Assembly: GCA_965649825.1 (NCBI GenBank)
Contig: OZ287696.1
Span: forward strand, 1,460,081 to 1,524,080
Length of the DNA stretch: 64,000 nucleotides
Source: Penicillus capitatus
Lineage: Eukaryota > Plantae > Chlorophyta
Direction: 5' to 3'
Shown here one piece after another: positions 45,358-59,717 of the stretch (position 1 is the stretch's first letter; each line of letters begins with the position of its first letter). The notes beneath the pieces are model-generated. The model did no database searches. It was not told the DNA's origin and saw only the letters and a list, made by a program, of their open reading frames with translations. Position numbers and translations under genes: made by a program.

Positions 45358-46623
45358 TTAATGGATGGCAACGTTCTTCAGATCCACGCGCCGGACGAAA
45401 GGATGAAAGCCTCCGACGTAGAGTTGATCTTCCCTCTCGAGGACAGAAGTCGTGAGGCCGTAAACTTGACCAGGATCGTGGAAACTTCTCAAAAACTGCC
45501 CGTTTCCATCGACCTACATCACATAATGTTTCCGCCATTCTTAAGCCATCTCCACGCACCTGAATAACAATGCTATGACGAACGATGAATTTTTCTCGCA
45601 TGGCGGCAGGCACATATAAAATAGCCCATCTCAGTAAACGGTATCGGAACACGGGTTCTCGAAATTTATTCACTCGAAAATATATGACAACCCAGTATGT
45701 GCCATTGGACCCTCTGCCCAGGCCATCACCCCCTCCCGGTAGACTTGGAATAAAGGAGTCGACGGATCCTGCCAATGGTCCCTTCAGCCAATAGCGTCGT
45801 GTCCTGAATGCCGATCCATCCGAGACCAGCACAAAGCTCTCATCGTGGGCCAAAACCACGCCATTGGCGAACGTCAAGTTGCCGATGAGTGTCTCCAGTG
45901 CCCCGTTGGACGGTGTGTACTTCAGCAGACGTCCCTCAGCGATACCGCTACCGACAGCTATATAACTCGTCGGTAAAATGTTCTCCGGGCTTGTGGGCGA
46001 GAACGAAGAGGCATCGGCGATGAAGATCTCGTCTTTGGAAGAAATGCTAATGGCATCGCAGAAAAAGATGATGGAGGAAGAGAAGACGATTTCGTACGTT
46101 CTCTTCTCCATATCCACTTTCCCAAAACCCTAAACGGCATTTGGTTCACGATGTCCGACAACGCGTCGATATGACCAAAATGCTGTCGCAGAAAAACAAT
46201 GTTCCTTTGGAGTCAAAGGCTCCGGATAAGGGACGACCACCATCCGTTTTGATAAATAATTCAGGATCCTCAAATCCCTTTCCCTTAGCTACCGCTTTGA
46301 AGATTCCTGTCTCAGTAAACATGTACATCGACCCATTGGCATCGAATATCACCGTCTCTACGGCATTGGATTAAGACAATGGAAACGGTAGATCAGAGGA
46401 GCAGTGGAGGACCTGGGCAGACGACTTGGTTTTCGAAGAGACGTTCACTATCTTCGAGAATAGTGTTCACGGCGAGCGGTCCTTCTAGCGATGCGATTTG
46501 GCCTATAAAGGGATTAAGGACGACCGATTTCGACTGGAAAGGCGCCGGAAGAGGCATAGGTGCGAAGAACGACACGGTCGCCAAAGCGACGGCGGCGGCT
46601 GCAACGAAGAACGGCAGCATCAT
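45358..46623 (-). CDS. Strictosidine synthase-like / APMAP family beta-propeller, multi-exon
   Basis: N-terminal TM, GGRPLSG..FD, GRLLKY.P, LTFANGV, SFVLVSD, YWLKGP, PGGGDGL. Confidence 0.85.
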
Positions 46624-47504
46624 CGTGACGCGTATCGAATTGAAGGATCATTTGCATGGAAGCTCTACATACCATCCCTCACCTCTCTCCCCAGTAAACG
46701 CGCACTCCTCTGTACGTCTTCCTGTGCGCCATACATACGTCTTCTAGCAAGAACTGGAAACGGTTTGAAAAAAGAAGATACGTCGACAGCTTCCGAAATC
46801 GAAAGCACACCCTATTGGTGTTCTATTCAAAGTCCTGTCAGCTCTGCAGTCGACTGAGGCCCGCTATCGAAGAAGTGCATGCTCCATAGATCATTGACTT
46901 GTGTGACGGCGATGTCCTGGGATCCAGATTGAAACGCGTGAGGAGAAGTGGCTGAATGTCGCGCCGGTGTGCGCAGATGATCAGACAGAATGGGCACCCG
47001 AGGTGACATCGACGCACTGCCTGGATGCGTAAACCTTGTCTGCAGATGCTGCATTACGATGTGACCATCGTTCCTTGTTTTGTCATGCTCCAGCCAAACG
47101 GTATGTGACCTATAATATATGATCACTCTATTAGACGGAAATGCTTATGTGCGTTGTGGTTTGAGGGAATGCGGCGATGAGAAGCGGCGTCCCGGTCGAT
47201 GTGCCGCGCTGCATGCGCACGCTGCAGTACTTAGTGTCAAAGTTTAGAAATGGATGGCTGGAGTGAAAGCCGAGACATCGATCGTGCTTTGTCGCTCCGG
47301 GGTTCCACCTTAGATGCTGTCTGTTCGAACGGATTCCTTGACAATCGTTTTCTTGACTCGAGTCACATTTTTGTTGCTCCGATCCCGACGCTTTGATCGT
47401 TAGGTGCGCTCTTTGAGCTTGTGTCTCGAGACTTCCGACATGAAACGCGACGGGAATCTCGCGCCAAACCATTCGCGTGTGCTGAGACGGATACCTCTCG
47501 CGAG

Positions 47505-49555
47505 ATGGCGAACACGTATCGCAAAACGACGACGTTCAGGTTGCCACGCATTCGAACGAAAGACGAGCTCTTCAAAGTGCTCCCGTCATCTTCCGATATG
47601 CGATTGTACAATCGTCTGCTCTCTTCAGACATCGCCCGAGATCGCTCAGTACTTTGGTGCGTCTCCCTGCGGCGACGAGGGCTTCAGCATTCCGTCGGCA
47701 CGCGGTCCGACAACGCCCGGCTCGCCATTCCCACGTCGACATGGCCAGGGACCGGCATCTCCTCGAGTCCTTGAGGACGAGACGAGCGAAGAGGATAACG
47801 CTCTTGCAGACCTTGAAGAGGCTAAGAAAGAACGGCAGCTTTTGATGCAGTCGATCGCGCAGTTCAAGGCGCCTGGTACCATGGCCGGAGGGGATGCCCA
47901 GGAAAACGATATCCGTCAGCTGTCAAAGGTCCGTCCTCATGCACTCTTCCAAACCAAATGCATACCGTGTTCTTCTATCGACAGGAGTTGGAACTCAAGA
48001 AGCACAAGCTCAATGAGCTCCGTCGAGAAGCGCAAGGAAAAGAGAGGGAGCTCTCGCAGTTGAAGAGCACTTCGGCGGATTGCAAGAAATTGATGCTGTC
48101 TAACAAGGAGTGCCTGCTTGAGTACATAGATCATCTAAACGGAGAGACGCGTGGGGTGAAAGAGGATTTGGTTGAAGTGGAGGCAAAGAATCAACTCTAC
48201 ACGCTGCTCGGCGAGAGAACGCGGTCGTGTTCGTTTCTTCGCACGATGATGAGTCGACGCCTTGTCTTGTGGATCTAGGCAGGAACACATGGCGTCTGAG
48301 CAGAGGGTGCGCCGATCAAGGGAACTGCGTAAGGATCTCAGAGACGACGTCGGTGCACTGTCCCGAGGATTCCATACGACATGTTCCCTCAAGGACGAGA
48401 CCGAAAAGCAGCTCTCCAAGCTCAAGAAGATGCATCAAGAAGTATTTGCCAAATGTCTTTGCCTGTTCTTAACGATCGCCGAATTCAGATTCAGAAAGAT
48501 TGGCAGCGGAAACTGAAGGATCGCCGAAAGGAAGTTCGGACAATCCGGCGTGCTCAGGGGCGGGAGAGGGAGCGGGAGGAGAAACGCCTGAAGAGGCGGC
48601 AGGAGAAAGAGGAGGCCGAAACCGAACGTCGAGTCGAAAAGGAACGCGAGCGCATGGCGATGGAGGAAAGGGTGAAGGAGCTCGCTCCAAAGATACAGGC
48701 AATGGAGGCGATATGGAATCGGTTGTGTTCCGTCGCAAGAGCATCGACATGCGAAGACGTCATCACTTACTGGCGAGGTGATTCCAAATGCGTGCATTCA
48801 ACCGAGGAGACCGCAATGGAGTGGCAGATTTGAAAGAGAAAGAGAGTTCCATGGAGACACTGGTGATGGCAAAGGAGGCAGAGGAGACGAAAGCGCAAGA
48901 GAAGTTGGCTGAATTGGAAGGACAACGAACGCGGTGCCTCGAAGCCAGTCGATCGGTCGACGAAGAAGGGCCAAAAGCGGTCGACCGAGGTGACGCCGAA
49001 ACGATGCCTGTCGATGGCGTCGCGTCGAAAATGCTGCTGGAGACTGAGGCGCTGAACGTTCGTGTCAAACAAGGACTCGAGGCTCTGCTGCAGCGAGCTG
49101 GCGAAATTGACGGACGCGTCGACGCCGAAGCTGTTGTCGAGGAATCGTTGGCGGCGCTCTTCGATGGGACGGAAAAGACGATCGCGCAGTTACAAGCAAA
49201 AGCAGCCAGTAAAGAGAGTGCATCCACCGACCGTGCTGCTTTCTCTTTGCTGATGTTGACTGGCCTCATACGTTCCTGCTTGACAGGGGACGATGGCGAG
49301 GCTCAAAAGAATCATGACATCAAGACCAGCTCGCGTTCTTTTGAGAGATCGTATCACGGGACAAGGCGAAAGAATGTCGATGTCGGAAAGCTCGTGGGGC
49401 ATGTCGATGAATCCTCTCCTGCTGGATATCGAAAGGGCGACGTCGACGGTGACGAGAGCAACGGTGGCGAATCTGGCGTCGTCGAACGAAGTTTTCTCAA
49501 AACGCGCAGCGTGCGCTTCATGATGCGTCACAACAGACAGCGCAACGATGCGTAA
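47505..49555 (+). CDS. Coiled-coil protein resembling outer dynein arm docking complex subunit DC1 (ODA3/CCDC151-like), multi-exon
   Basis: Long coiled coils with ELELKKHKLNEL, LYTLLGERTR/QEH and IQAMEAIWNRL segments that I recall from chlorophyte ODA3-like proteins; recognition is from memory. Confidence 0.55.
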
Positions 49556-49836
49556 GGCATCAAAGGCAGACAAATCGGAGCGCGATCTCAAACAGAGTCA
49601 CAATAGCTGACTAGTCCGCCAGATGACGAGACGACTATGTGGTTCGTTGTCGAACAAAAGCTCACCGTCGTGTAACCATCCTTTGCTTAAGTCTTGACAT
49701 CTTTGTCGTCAGATGATTGGCACCTGTGCTTTGATGACCCTAAGATCAAACCGAATGCTTTTCCGATGGCAGATGAGATCATCGCAGCAGACAACGGTAT
49801 GCTATGGTCCGGCTGAAAGCGACGTCGGTAGACGGC

Positions 49837-52381
49837 ATGTTTACCTTCCAGCCTCCTCTACGCACTCGCGTCGCGATCTCATCGCCGTTGCACTTGTGGC
49901 GACGCGGCTATTCGCTAAAACAGGTCTTCGAAGTGGACTCGTCTAGGATGAAGGGCTTTTGATCTAAACCCTGTTTCTGCAGAGTCGAATGGCGCCTCCT
50001 TCTCTTTCCGGCTGTCAAGCCTCATCAGGAAGGGTCGTTGTCGTCGAGTCTCCTGCCAAAGCAGTCAAGATTCAACAGTACTTAGGAAAAGACTACCAGG
50101 TACGCCGCCTCCGTCAAAACCTTACCCTTGGAATGGCAGAAGATGGTAGGTATTGGCTTCTTTGGGTCACGTGTGTGACATATCTCCCAAATCGGGAGCA
50201 ATAGATGTCAAAAAAGGATTCGCAGTGGACTGGGAGATGAGCGAAACAGGCCAAAAACGTGTCGGAGAGATTTCTGGTGCATTGAAGGATGCCTCACATC
50301 TCATCCTGGCAACCGATCCCGATAGAGAAGGAGAGGCGATTTCGTGGCATGTCGTGGAGCAGCTGAAGTCGCTGGGATCGCTTCAGCAGATCACCGTTGA
50401 ACGCATCACCTTCAATCAAATCTCAGAAGACGCCGTGATGGAGGCTCTCGCACATCCTAGAACTGTCCAGTCACTGTTACGTCGATAGCGCATGAGTGAA
50501 TGGTGCTCTAGATCGATCAGAGTTTGGTGGATGCGTACATGGCTCGAAGAGTCATCGATCATCTCATGGGATTCTCGGTGTCGTCTGTTTTGTGGAGGAA
50601 ATTGCGTGGAGCACGATCGGCAGGTGATCGCCTTGAGATCTGAGGTTCTGAATTTCGACGGCGTGCTTTTGGTTGAAAGGAAGAGTGCAGTCTCCTTGTT
50701 TAAAGCTTATGTGTGAGAGAGAAGACGAGATTCTCAAGTTCCGATCGAAGGACTACTGGTCTGTCGATGCTGTTCTGGAAACGGAGAATGACATTTCTTT
50801 TACAGCATCTTTGACACACCTGCATAAAAGTCCGCTGCGAAAATTCGCGCTCTCCACTCGAGAGAAGGCAGAAGAGGCCCTGTTGCTTGCAAAACAGTCG
50901 AAGCTAGTGGTGAAGAGTCTTCAAGAGAAGACATCAAAGGAGCGTCCCCAACCACCCTATCGAACATCCACCCTGCAACAGGATGCCGTACGGAGACTGC
51001 GTTGGACATCCAAGAAGACAATGAACGTGGCTCAAAGCCTCTACGAAGGACGCAACAACACAGGTTTGACTTTGACGCAAACGCTGATGAACGTACATTC
51101 CACTAGACTTCTGTGCTCAGGGAACGGTGGCCTGATCACTTATATGCGAACAGATGGTGTTGCTATCTCTTCAGACGTCACGTCAAAAGTCCGAGAGGTG
51201 ATACGGCAACGATGGGGTACGGATTACGTGCCAAAGTCGACCAGGGTTCACACGTCAAAGGTCCAAAACGCTCAGGAAGCACACGAAGCGATCCGTCCGA
51301 CCCAAGTGCACCTCGCGACTCAGGATCTCCCGAAGACATTGACAGCTGACGAACGAAAGCTCTATGAGCTGATTTGGAACCGCACGATCGCCTCACAGAT
51401 GTCCGACGCTCAGTACTGTCAGGTCAGACAAAAGATCTGGCACGCTATCTTAGTATCAATGAATGGTTTTAGAAAAGCGCTGTCATAGCAGACACCGAAA
51501 AACAGACACAGTGGAAGAGCACTGCGAGGATCGTCACCTTCGAAGGCTACACAGCTGTTTACCAAAAAGCGATCGCCGATGAAGACGAGACGGCATCGGA
51601 AAAGACGAAGGTCTCTGCCCAACAGTTTCATGCTCTGGCGAGGCTCAGTGAAGGACTCAGAATGACATCTGTGCAGCCTTCTTTGCACAAACATACAACT
51701 AAAGCGCCAGCGCGGTACAATGAAGCCAGCATTGTCAAGTCCATGGAGGCATTGGGGATCGGAAGGCCATCAACATTCGCCACCATTACGGCACTCCTTC
51801 AGGCAAGGCTGTTCATTATGTACTGTTATCGTCTATGGATTTCAGTAGACTCGAGGATACGTCCGAAAGACGAAACAGACATTCTTTCCTCAGCCGCTCG
51901 GGCGAGTCTTGTCTGTGTATTTGGACCATCAGTTCCAGCCCTTCGTCGATTATCAGTTTACAGCCACGATGGAGAACAGGCTTGACGATATCGCCTCAGG
52001 GAAAGAGAGGTGGAAGAATGTCGCACAGGAATTCTGGGACACCCTGCAGCCTTCCATCGAAGAAGTAACCGAACGGTCGATTCCCAAACGCATTCAACGG
52101 CATTTCACATTCAGGCCATGAAAGTGGAAGTGCGTGAGATCATCGACTATGTGAATGCTCAGATCTTGCAGAGTGTTTTTCTGCCTTACGTCACAGAGAA
52201 GAAGTCATTGGATACTCTACAGAAATGCCCTGCATGCGAAAAAGGCCATCTGGTTATTAAGTTCTCTAAGTATGGGCCGTTCTTGGGCTGCGATCAGTAC
52301 AGCACAGCAAAGTGTACCTACGTGTGCAGCTTTAGTAAACTCGGAAAAGAGGAAGAGACAAAAATAACGCTGAGAAAGTGA
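49837..52381 (+). CDS. topA: Bacterial-type (type IA) DNA topoisomerase I, organelle-targeted; multi-exon, start uncertain
   Basis: VVVVESPAKA, ATDPDREGEAI, LITYMRTD (catalytic Tyr), QEAHEAIRPT, GIGRPST and one Zn ribbon (CPAC..YGPFLGC..C). Confidence 0.9.
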
Positions 52382-52401
52382 TCCTGTTGATCCGCCTCAT
52401 G

Positions 52402-53280
52402 TCAACACTCCCAATGTGACGGTGCCATGTTCGATGGCGTCTCTCCAGACGCATCCTCTATATCCCATCGCGCACCGTTCGCCACCAAAAGTCGAGCAAT
52501 CTGCAGAGGCTGTCGTTCTGTGTCAAGCACGGACAGAAGAACCTCTTGGTGTTCACAGAGCGAGGCATAATGCAGAGGTGTCATCTGTTCATTATCCTGA
52601 CTGTTGACATCGACGATCTGCATTTGGAGAAGCGCACGGACGGCATCGACATGACCGCCGTCTGTTGCCCAATGCAACACATTCCTCAATTCATCATCGA
52701 CCACATCCATCTGTTTTCCTTCAGCTTTGAGTGCCTCTTTCCATCGATCTCCATCCATGTCACACGCCACTAGTAGATCCAATGCCTTCTTGCTCTGTAC
52801 ACATGACTTGATAGAGCATCCTCGAGTGGGAGTACGGCACACGACTTCACTGGTTTCGTGGGCTGAAGCAGATGCGTCGTCCAGATGGTCGACTGCCAAT
52901 CGGCTGAAGACGGGCCCTGTTCCCTGATGGCCTTTTTCTTCGGTCGTTGTCGCCCAGTCAGGAGACGTCTCGGTCACTAATTCGATATACTGCCTCTTTG
53001 CTTCCTCCTGCGACAGAGCACTCACACTTTTCCACGCATTCCTTCACAGATCACTCTTTGCTATGCATCTATCTATTATCTGTCACGTCACTCGCCATTT
53101 GGATCGCTGCTTTGGATGAAAGAGTGAGGGTTGGGGTTCCTGGACAGAACCAAATAGAGCCTGTTTGTAGAGTCCATAGAGCTTGAGTTTGATCGCATCT
53201 CCTGCAAAGGTCTCCTCGCCGAGGCGAATGGATTCTTCGACGTAATCGGCAGCGGCCTGAAATGCATCCGGTTCTGTCAT
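52402..53280 (-). CDS. ACBP: Acyl-CoA-binding protein with ankyrin repeats, multi-exon
   Basis: FQAAADYV, LKLYGLYKQA, KW.AW, then ankyrin repeats LHWATDGGH and TPLHYA. Confidence 0.88.
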
Positions 53281-54816
53281 GTCAAAGGGAATGGGTCGAA
53301 TGTCGTCTGGCAAGAAGACCTCCACACGTCACGCCTTCTCACTGACAGAGCAACTCACAGAGCCATCCCTCAATGGCATTCGTAGAGAGTCGCGTCACAA
53401 ACGCGAGACCCGCAGCGAGGTCGCCGAATCGATGCCGGCAGAAATGTGCCACTCGATCTACGACGAAGCCAAACGCCAACGCGAAGAGATTGAGCACGAC
53501 CACGTCGACGGCTCATTGCCAAAGGGATCAGACCTGTTGGCCAAATCCGTCAGAACAGCCCTGGCAAAGTAAGGACCATTTCTGAAACGCAACGAAGTTT
53601 TGTGCTTCTCACTCTTTTGTGTGACAGAATAGAGAGTGACGAGGAGATGGAAGAAGACATCTACGAAATGGAAGATATGGAAATGGTCTCTGAAGAGGAG
53701 CAGCGTGCCGTTTCCCTTTTCACAACACCCTCTGCTCAACAGCGGCCATTTGGCGAAGTCGTCTTCGAAAAAATCGAACAGCTGAAGAAGCATCACAAGT
53801 GCTCACGACCTTGATGCTCCCGATCATTGATTGCATTCTTGATGTGACAGGAAGAAGAAGGGAGAGAGCACGGTGCACGGGATGGACAGGGATGTTGTGA
53901 AGATGTATGAGGGAGTTGGAGATCTAATGAGTCGATACAAGACTGGCAAGATCACCCGTGCCTTCCACTTTGTGCCCAATCTGACGAATTGGGAAGAGGT
54001 GATCTACTTGACGCGACCTGACAAATGGTCGCCTCATGCCTATCGCGCCGCCACAAAAATCTTTATCAACAGCAATCCAAGAATGGCCCAGCGATACATG
54101 AATCGCATTCTGTTGCCACATCTTCGACAGGTGACATCCAAACGCTCTCTCTTCTGAACGACCGGTCTCATCTGAGTAACCCGTCCAAGGAAATTGACAC
54201 GAAGCAACGTTTGCATCTTGCTCTGTACGAAGCGCTGAAGTATACGAGTCACACGCCGGGTGCCTTTTATAAGGGCATCATTATCCCTCTTTGCCGCTCA
54301 GGTACATTTCTATAGATGTAGAGGGGTCGATGGTGATGGCCGACGTGTGTAGGGACGTGTTCCGTCCGTGAGGCGGTGATCTTTTCGAGTGTGATCAAAC
54401 GAATGTCTCTTCCTGTGCATCACTCGGCAGCAGCGTTGTTGTGTTTGGCAGAGATGGAGTACTCAGGACCCACCAGTTTCTTCATCCAGACGCTGCTGAG
54501 CAAGAAATATGCAATGCCGTTCAAAGCACTGGATGGTCTTGTGGAGCACTTTATGCGATTTGAATTGGAGGACCGCGAATTACCGACCATCTGGCATCAG
54601 AGTCTACTCATGTTCATCCAAAGCTACAAGCAACATCTCAAACAAGACGATTTGAGAGACCTCAGGCGCCTCATCAAGAAACAGCACCATTACCAAATCT
54701 CCCCCATCCTTTACAAAGAGATCGATGCTGTCATGGTATCGAATCGATGACCTTCTCTCTATGGTGCTCACTTACCGATGGTACAGGACACCGAAGATGC
54801 CCTCATGGTGGACTAG
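53279..54816 (+). CDS. BYSL: Bystin (ENP1/BYSL), multi-exon
   Basis: YKTGKITRAF, WSPHA..ATKIF, LYEALK...PGAFYKGII, AEMEYSG, KKYAMP, LPTIWHQSLL. Confidence 0.92.
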
Positions 54817-54974
54817 GGCTTCTAAGCGAGCTAACGGATGATAACCAAGTGCAGAGGACTTTGGGAATGTGGAGAGGAGATCTGCGTTCAGGCAGATAAC
54901 ACAGTTTGCCGTACAGTGACTGATCGTATCTCTACAAACTGACCCGAACACATAACTTCATCGTTCTCATCTGC

Positions 54975-56061
<1,087 letters not shown>

Positions 56062-56130
56062 TTAAATATCGATCAAAGAATATCGATTTGCCGACGTTAC
56101 CCAACGCCATTCTTGAATCTTTGTTTCTCC

Positions 56131-59100
56131 ATGAATCCTCGCGAGCTCGAGATCATTGCCGTCAAGGAGGACGACGCATGTTGCGGCACACAAACGTGTT
56201 CGCACACAAGCATCGAGCACGGTAATCATACTGGATGGCTCAGAGACGGCAAAGTAAGCCGGTCCAATTCTTCGCACAATGCCAAACCGCACTGTGACGC
56301 ACAGCTTTTTTGCCGGGCCCACGACTCCGAGGCTCTCTTCGAGTGCGCTTTGGACTTGGACACGAGCACGCGTTGTGAGGTCGTCGATATAGCCGGTGGT
56401 CATATTCACGGACCTGAATGCGGACACGAGATGGTGACAGACCGCCGACCGTCTGTAACCGAAAACGCTTCGTCTGCTGTTGTAGGTTCCGCATGGAGAC
56501 CATGTCGACTTTCTTGTCGGTTCTCGTTTACACCATGTCATCGACCAACCTCAACACTGCTGTGATAAAAAGTGCCTTGGAGGGGTGGTGAACTCGACCG
56601 TAGTGGATCATGGATTCGTTCGTGTGCGACGCAGACACAGTCAAGAAAGTCTGGACGATCTTGAACTGGTGCGGATGGCTTGTTCTGGCTGTCAGATAAC
56701 GCCTCGATCTTTTGGCAAATGCCGGATGTCGTTGTAGGCTCCTTTGCTCGAAAACAGAACAGAGACAGATATTTTCGCAGCAGGTATCTGCTGCCCATCT
56801 GAAATCCACGTCATCCAACACATTCTCAAGGCATTGCCAGGCATGAAAGGGGTGGTCTTGACAAATCGTGATGTTCATCAGTGCATGTACGCAGGTGTTA
56901 TGTCTGTTAATGTGACAGTAATGACGAAGATGGTTCGAATCACACATGATCCGGCAAAAGTGTCTCCGGCTGTCTTGGTCTCTGCACTGAACGGTGCTGG
57001 ATTGCAAGCCAAATTAGGCAAGCGAGAATCGTCATCAGGTATACCTCGGGGGGTCACTAGGTCATCCGTCGCCGATGCCAAGCCTCTTGTGGAAATCACA
57101 CATGAGGTGGAACGAGAAAGGTTATGGCGTAAAATGAATGTGCAGATCTTAACCAGCGTTGAGTGTCTTCTAGCATCCGCTCTCAATTTTTCAAGGATCT
57201 GATAGACTCTGTTCCAATGTAGGCACAGAGAAAACACCTTTGCAGAAGAATGTGATCCTCTCTGGGATTCTCTTGGCCGTTTCACTCCTTTCGTTTGTTT
57301 CTCCTTCGATGGAGTGGCTCGAGTATGCTGCCTTGCCAGCTGTGGTGGTGGGATGTCCTTTGATTCTCATCCGTGCCTGCGGATCGTTGCGTCGACTGAT
57401 AATCGACATTAACATACTGTTGGTGATCAGCTGCATGGGGGCCATTGCCTTGAAAGAATACCACGAAGCTGCTGCCCTCGTTTTCCTCTTTAGCTTCTCT
57501 CAGTGGCTCGAAGACCGCTCCATGGGAAAAGCTCGCATTTCCATTTCTGGCCTCAAGGAACTTCAGCCAGAGTTCGCCATCTCGGCGTACAATAGCGAAT
57601 ATATCCCAGTGGAGAAGATCGAGGTGGATGATATGTTGATCGTGCGTCCAGGAGATCGCGTGCCAGTGGATGGTCGAGTCATCTCTGGTGCATCTGCTGT
57701 CGACGAGAGTTTTTTGACGGGTGAATCGAAACCTGTCTACAAAAAAGAAGGAGATGCTCTCTTGAGCGGCAGCATCAACAGTGGCGGTGGCTCACTCAGG
57801 ATGTATGCCACGTCTCGGGTAACCGACAGCACGGTGGCGCAATTGGCCAGGAACGTCGAGGAAACGGCAATGCAGCGATCGCCGATGGAGCGCACTGTCG
57901 AGGTTTTTGCCAAAATCTACACACCTGCCGTGATTCTTTCGGCGGCGACCGTTGCAATGATCCCACTCATGGCCCCGACTTCCGACTGGTCTAAATGGTT
58001 CAAGATATCTCTTGTGCTGTTAGTCACATCATGCCCGTGTGCTCTGGTCATCAGTACTCCTGTCACGACTGTCTGTGGCATCGCCAGAGCTGCACAAAAA
58101 GTAAGCGTTCATCTATTGCCGACGGCAATGGTCTGACGCTCTCTGTCCAGTCCATTCTTATCAAAGGAGGAACAGCACTTGAAACGCTTGGACGACTTAA
58201 AGCCATCACATTTGACAAGACAGGAACACTGACGGAGGGTAATTTTGACGTCGTGGAAGTGCGGACATTTGATGAGATGTCGGAGAAACAGATGATGAAT
58301 TGGGCGGCTTCGATCGAAGTCCATTCTGGCCATCCCCTCGCTGCTGCGATCGTCGGATCTGCTGCTGCCAGTGGATACCACTATGGGTAATTCCCTTCAT
58401 CTTGGCCTCTTTGCAAGAATGCTCCTGTCTCAGGACCCAAGCCATTTCCGTCGAGAACATTCCTGGCCGAGGCATAAAAGGCGTTCGAGATAGCTCTCAG
58501 TTACTGGCAGGAAACTGGAAGATGATGCTGGAGCATGGTGTTGCTTTTGGCAGCGAAATGGATGGAATTGAGCAAGAAGTCGCGGAGAGAGGCCAGAAAG
58601 CCTGTTTTATCGCTGTAAACCAGAAGCTCATGGGCGTCATTATCGTTGCAGATCGCGTGAGGCCTGATGCCGAATCGGCACTGTCTTCTCTGAAGCGTAT
58701 GCAATTACATCTGGGGGTACTGACTGGAGATGGTCCGGTTTCGGCGGCATTTATTGCAAAGGCTGTCAAAGTGAACGAGGAATTCGTGCATTCCGAACTT
58801 GTCCCTGAAGAGAAGTCTGGCCTCTTGCAGCACTATCGACAGCGTTTTGGCCCAGTGGCCCACGTCGGAGATGGCGTCAATGATTCGTTGGCACTCTCCG
58901 CGGCTGACGTTGGCATTGCTATGGGCATCGGAGGGAGCACAATGGCCGTAGAGGCTGCCGATGTCGCTTTCTTTTCGAATAACATATCGTCCATTAACAC
59001 AGCAATCAGGATAAGTCACAAAGTACGGACGATCATCATCGAGAACATCATACTTTCTGTCTCCATCAAAGTGGCCGTTATTCTTTTGGCATTTCTATGG

Positions 59101-59457
59101 GACGCACATTTGTGGTGTGCCGTCGCTGCCGATGTCGGCAGTGCCTTGCTCGTCATTTTTAATGGCCTGCGCCTCCTTTCATTTGAGAAGATCAGAGATG
59201 GCGCAGACCAAGAAAACCCTGCTTGCTATGCGAAGCGGGAACAGACAGAGGCGCATATTCACAGGCAACCGAAAAGCAGCGGCGATTTAAGGAAAGACAT
59301 GGAGAGACACATCGAAATGTCAGCGGTGCAGCGAAAAGGCCAGCGTTCTTCTGCCAAATCTGGCTGCTGCACACACAGTCCTTCCTCAAGCCACTCAAAA
59401 GCACAACTATCCAAATGCAGCACGGGAGAGACATCGTGCTGTGGACAGAAACACTAA
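56131..59457 (+). CDS. P1B-2 heavy-metal (Zn/Cd) ATPase with His/Cys-rich N- and C-terminal extensions, multi-exon
   Basis: GICCPSE HMA domain, TGES, SCPCALVIS, FDKTGTLT, HP, VGDGVND, and a CC/His tail. Confidence 0.92.
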
Positions 59458-59717
59458 ATGCTCGCTGCTATCATTGTTTCATTTCTAGATTCATTCGTTT
59501 ACCTTGTGGGGGAACTCTTTGATGTGGATTTATGACATGCGTTCTTTGAATTGATTCGCTGTGTTTTGCCTGTCACATCATACAGCAGACCATTGCGATT
59601 GTATTACCGACCGCCCTCATCGATTGGCGATACCCTGTGATGGGCAGCAGGTAGACCACCGCTTCGCAGAACGCAGACTTCGATAATGTGGCATGTGGAC
59701 GGCGTTACAGTTGTGTG

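Noticed and set aside
56062-56541. 159 aa minus-strand ORF between NDUFV2 and the P1B ATPase
   Set aside because: Lies antisense to the His/Cys-rich first exons of the ATPase, which explain the region better.
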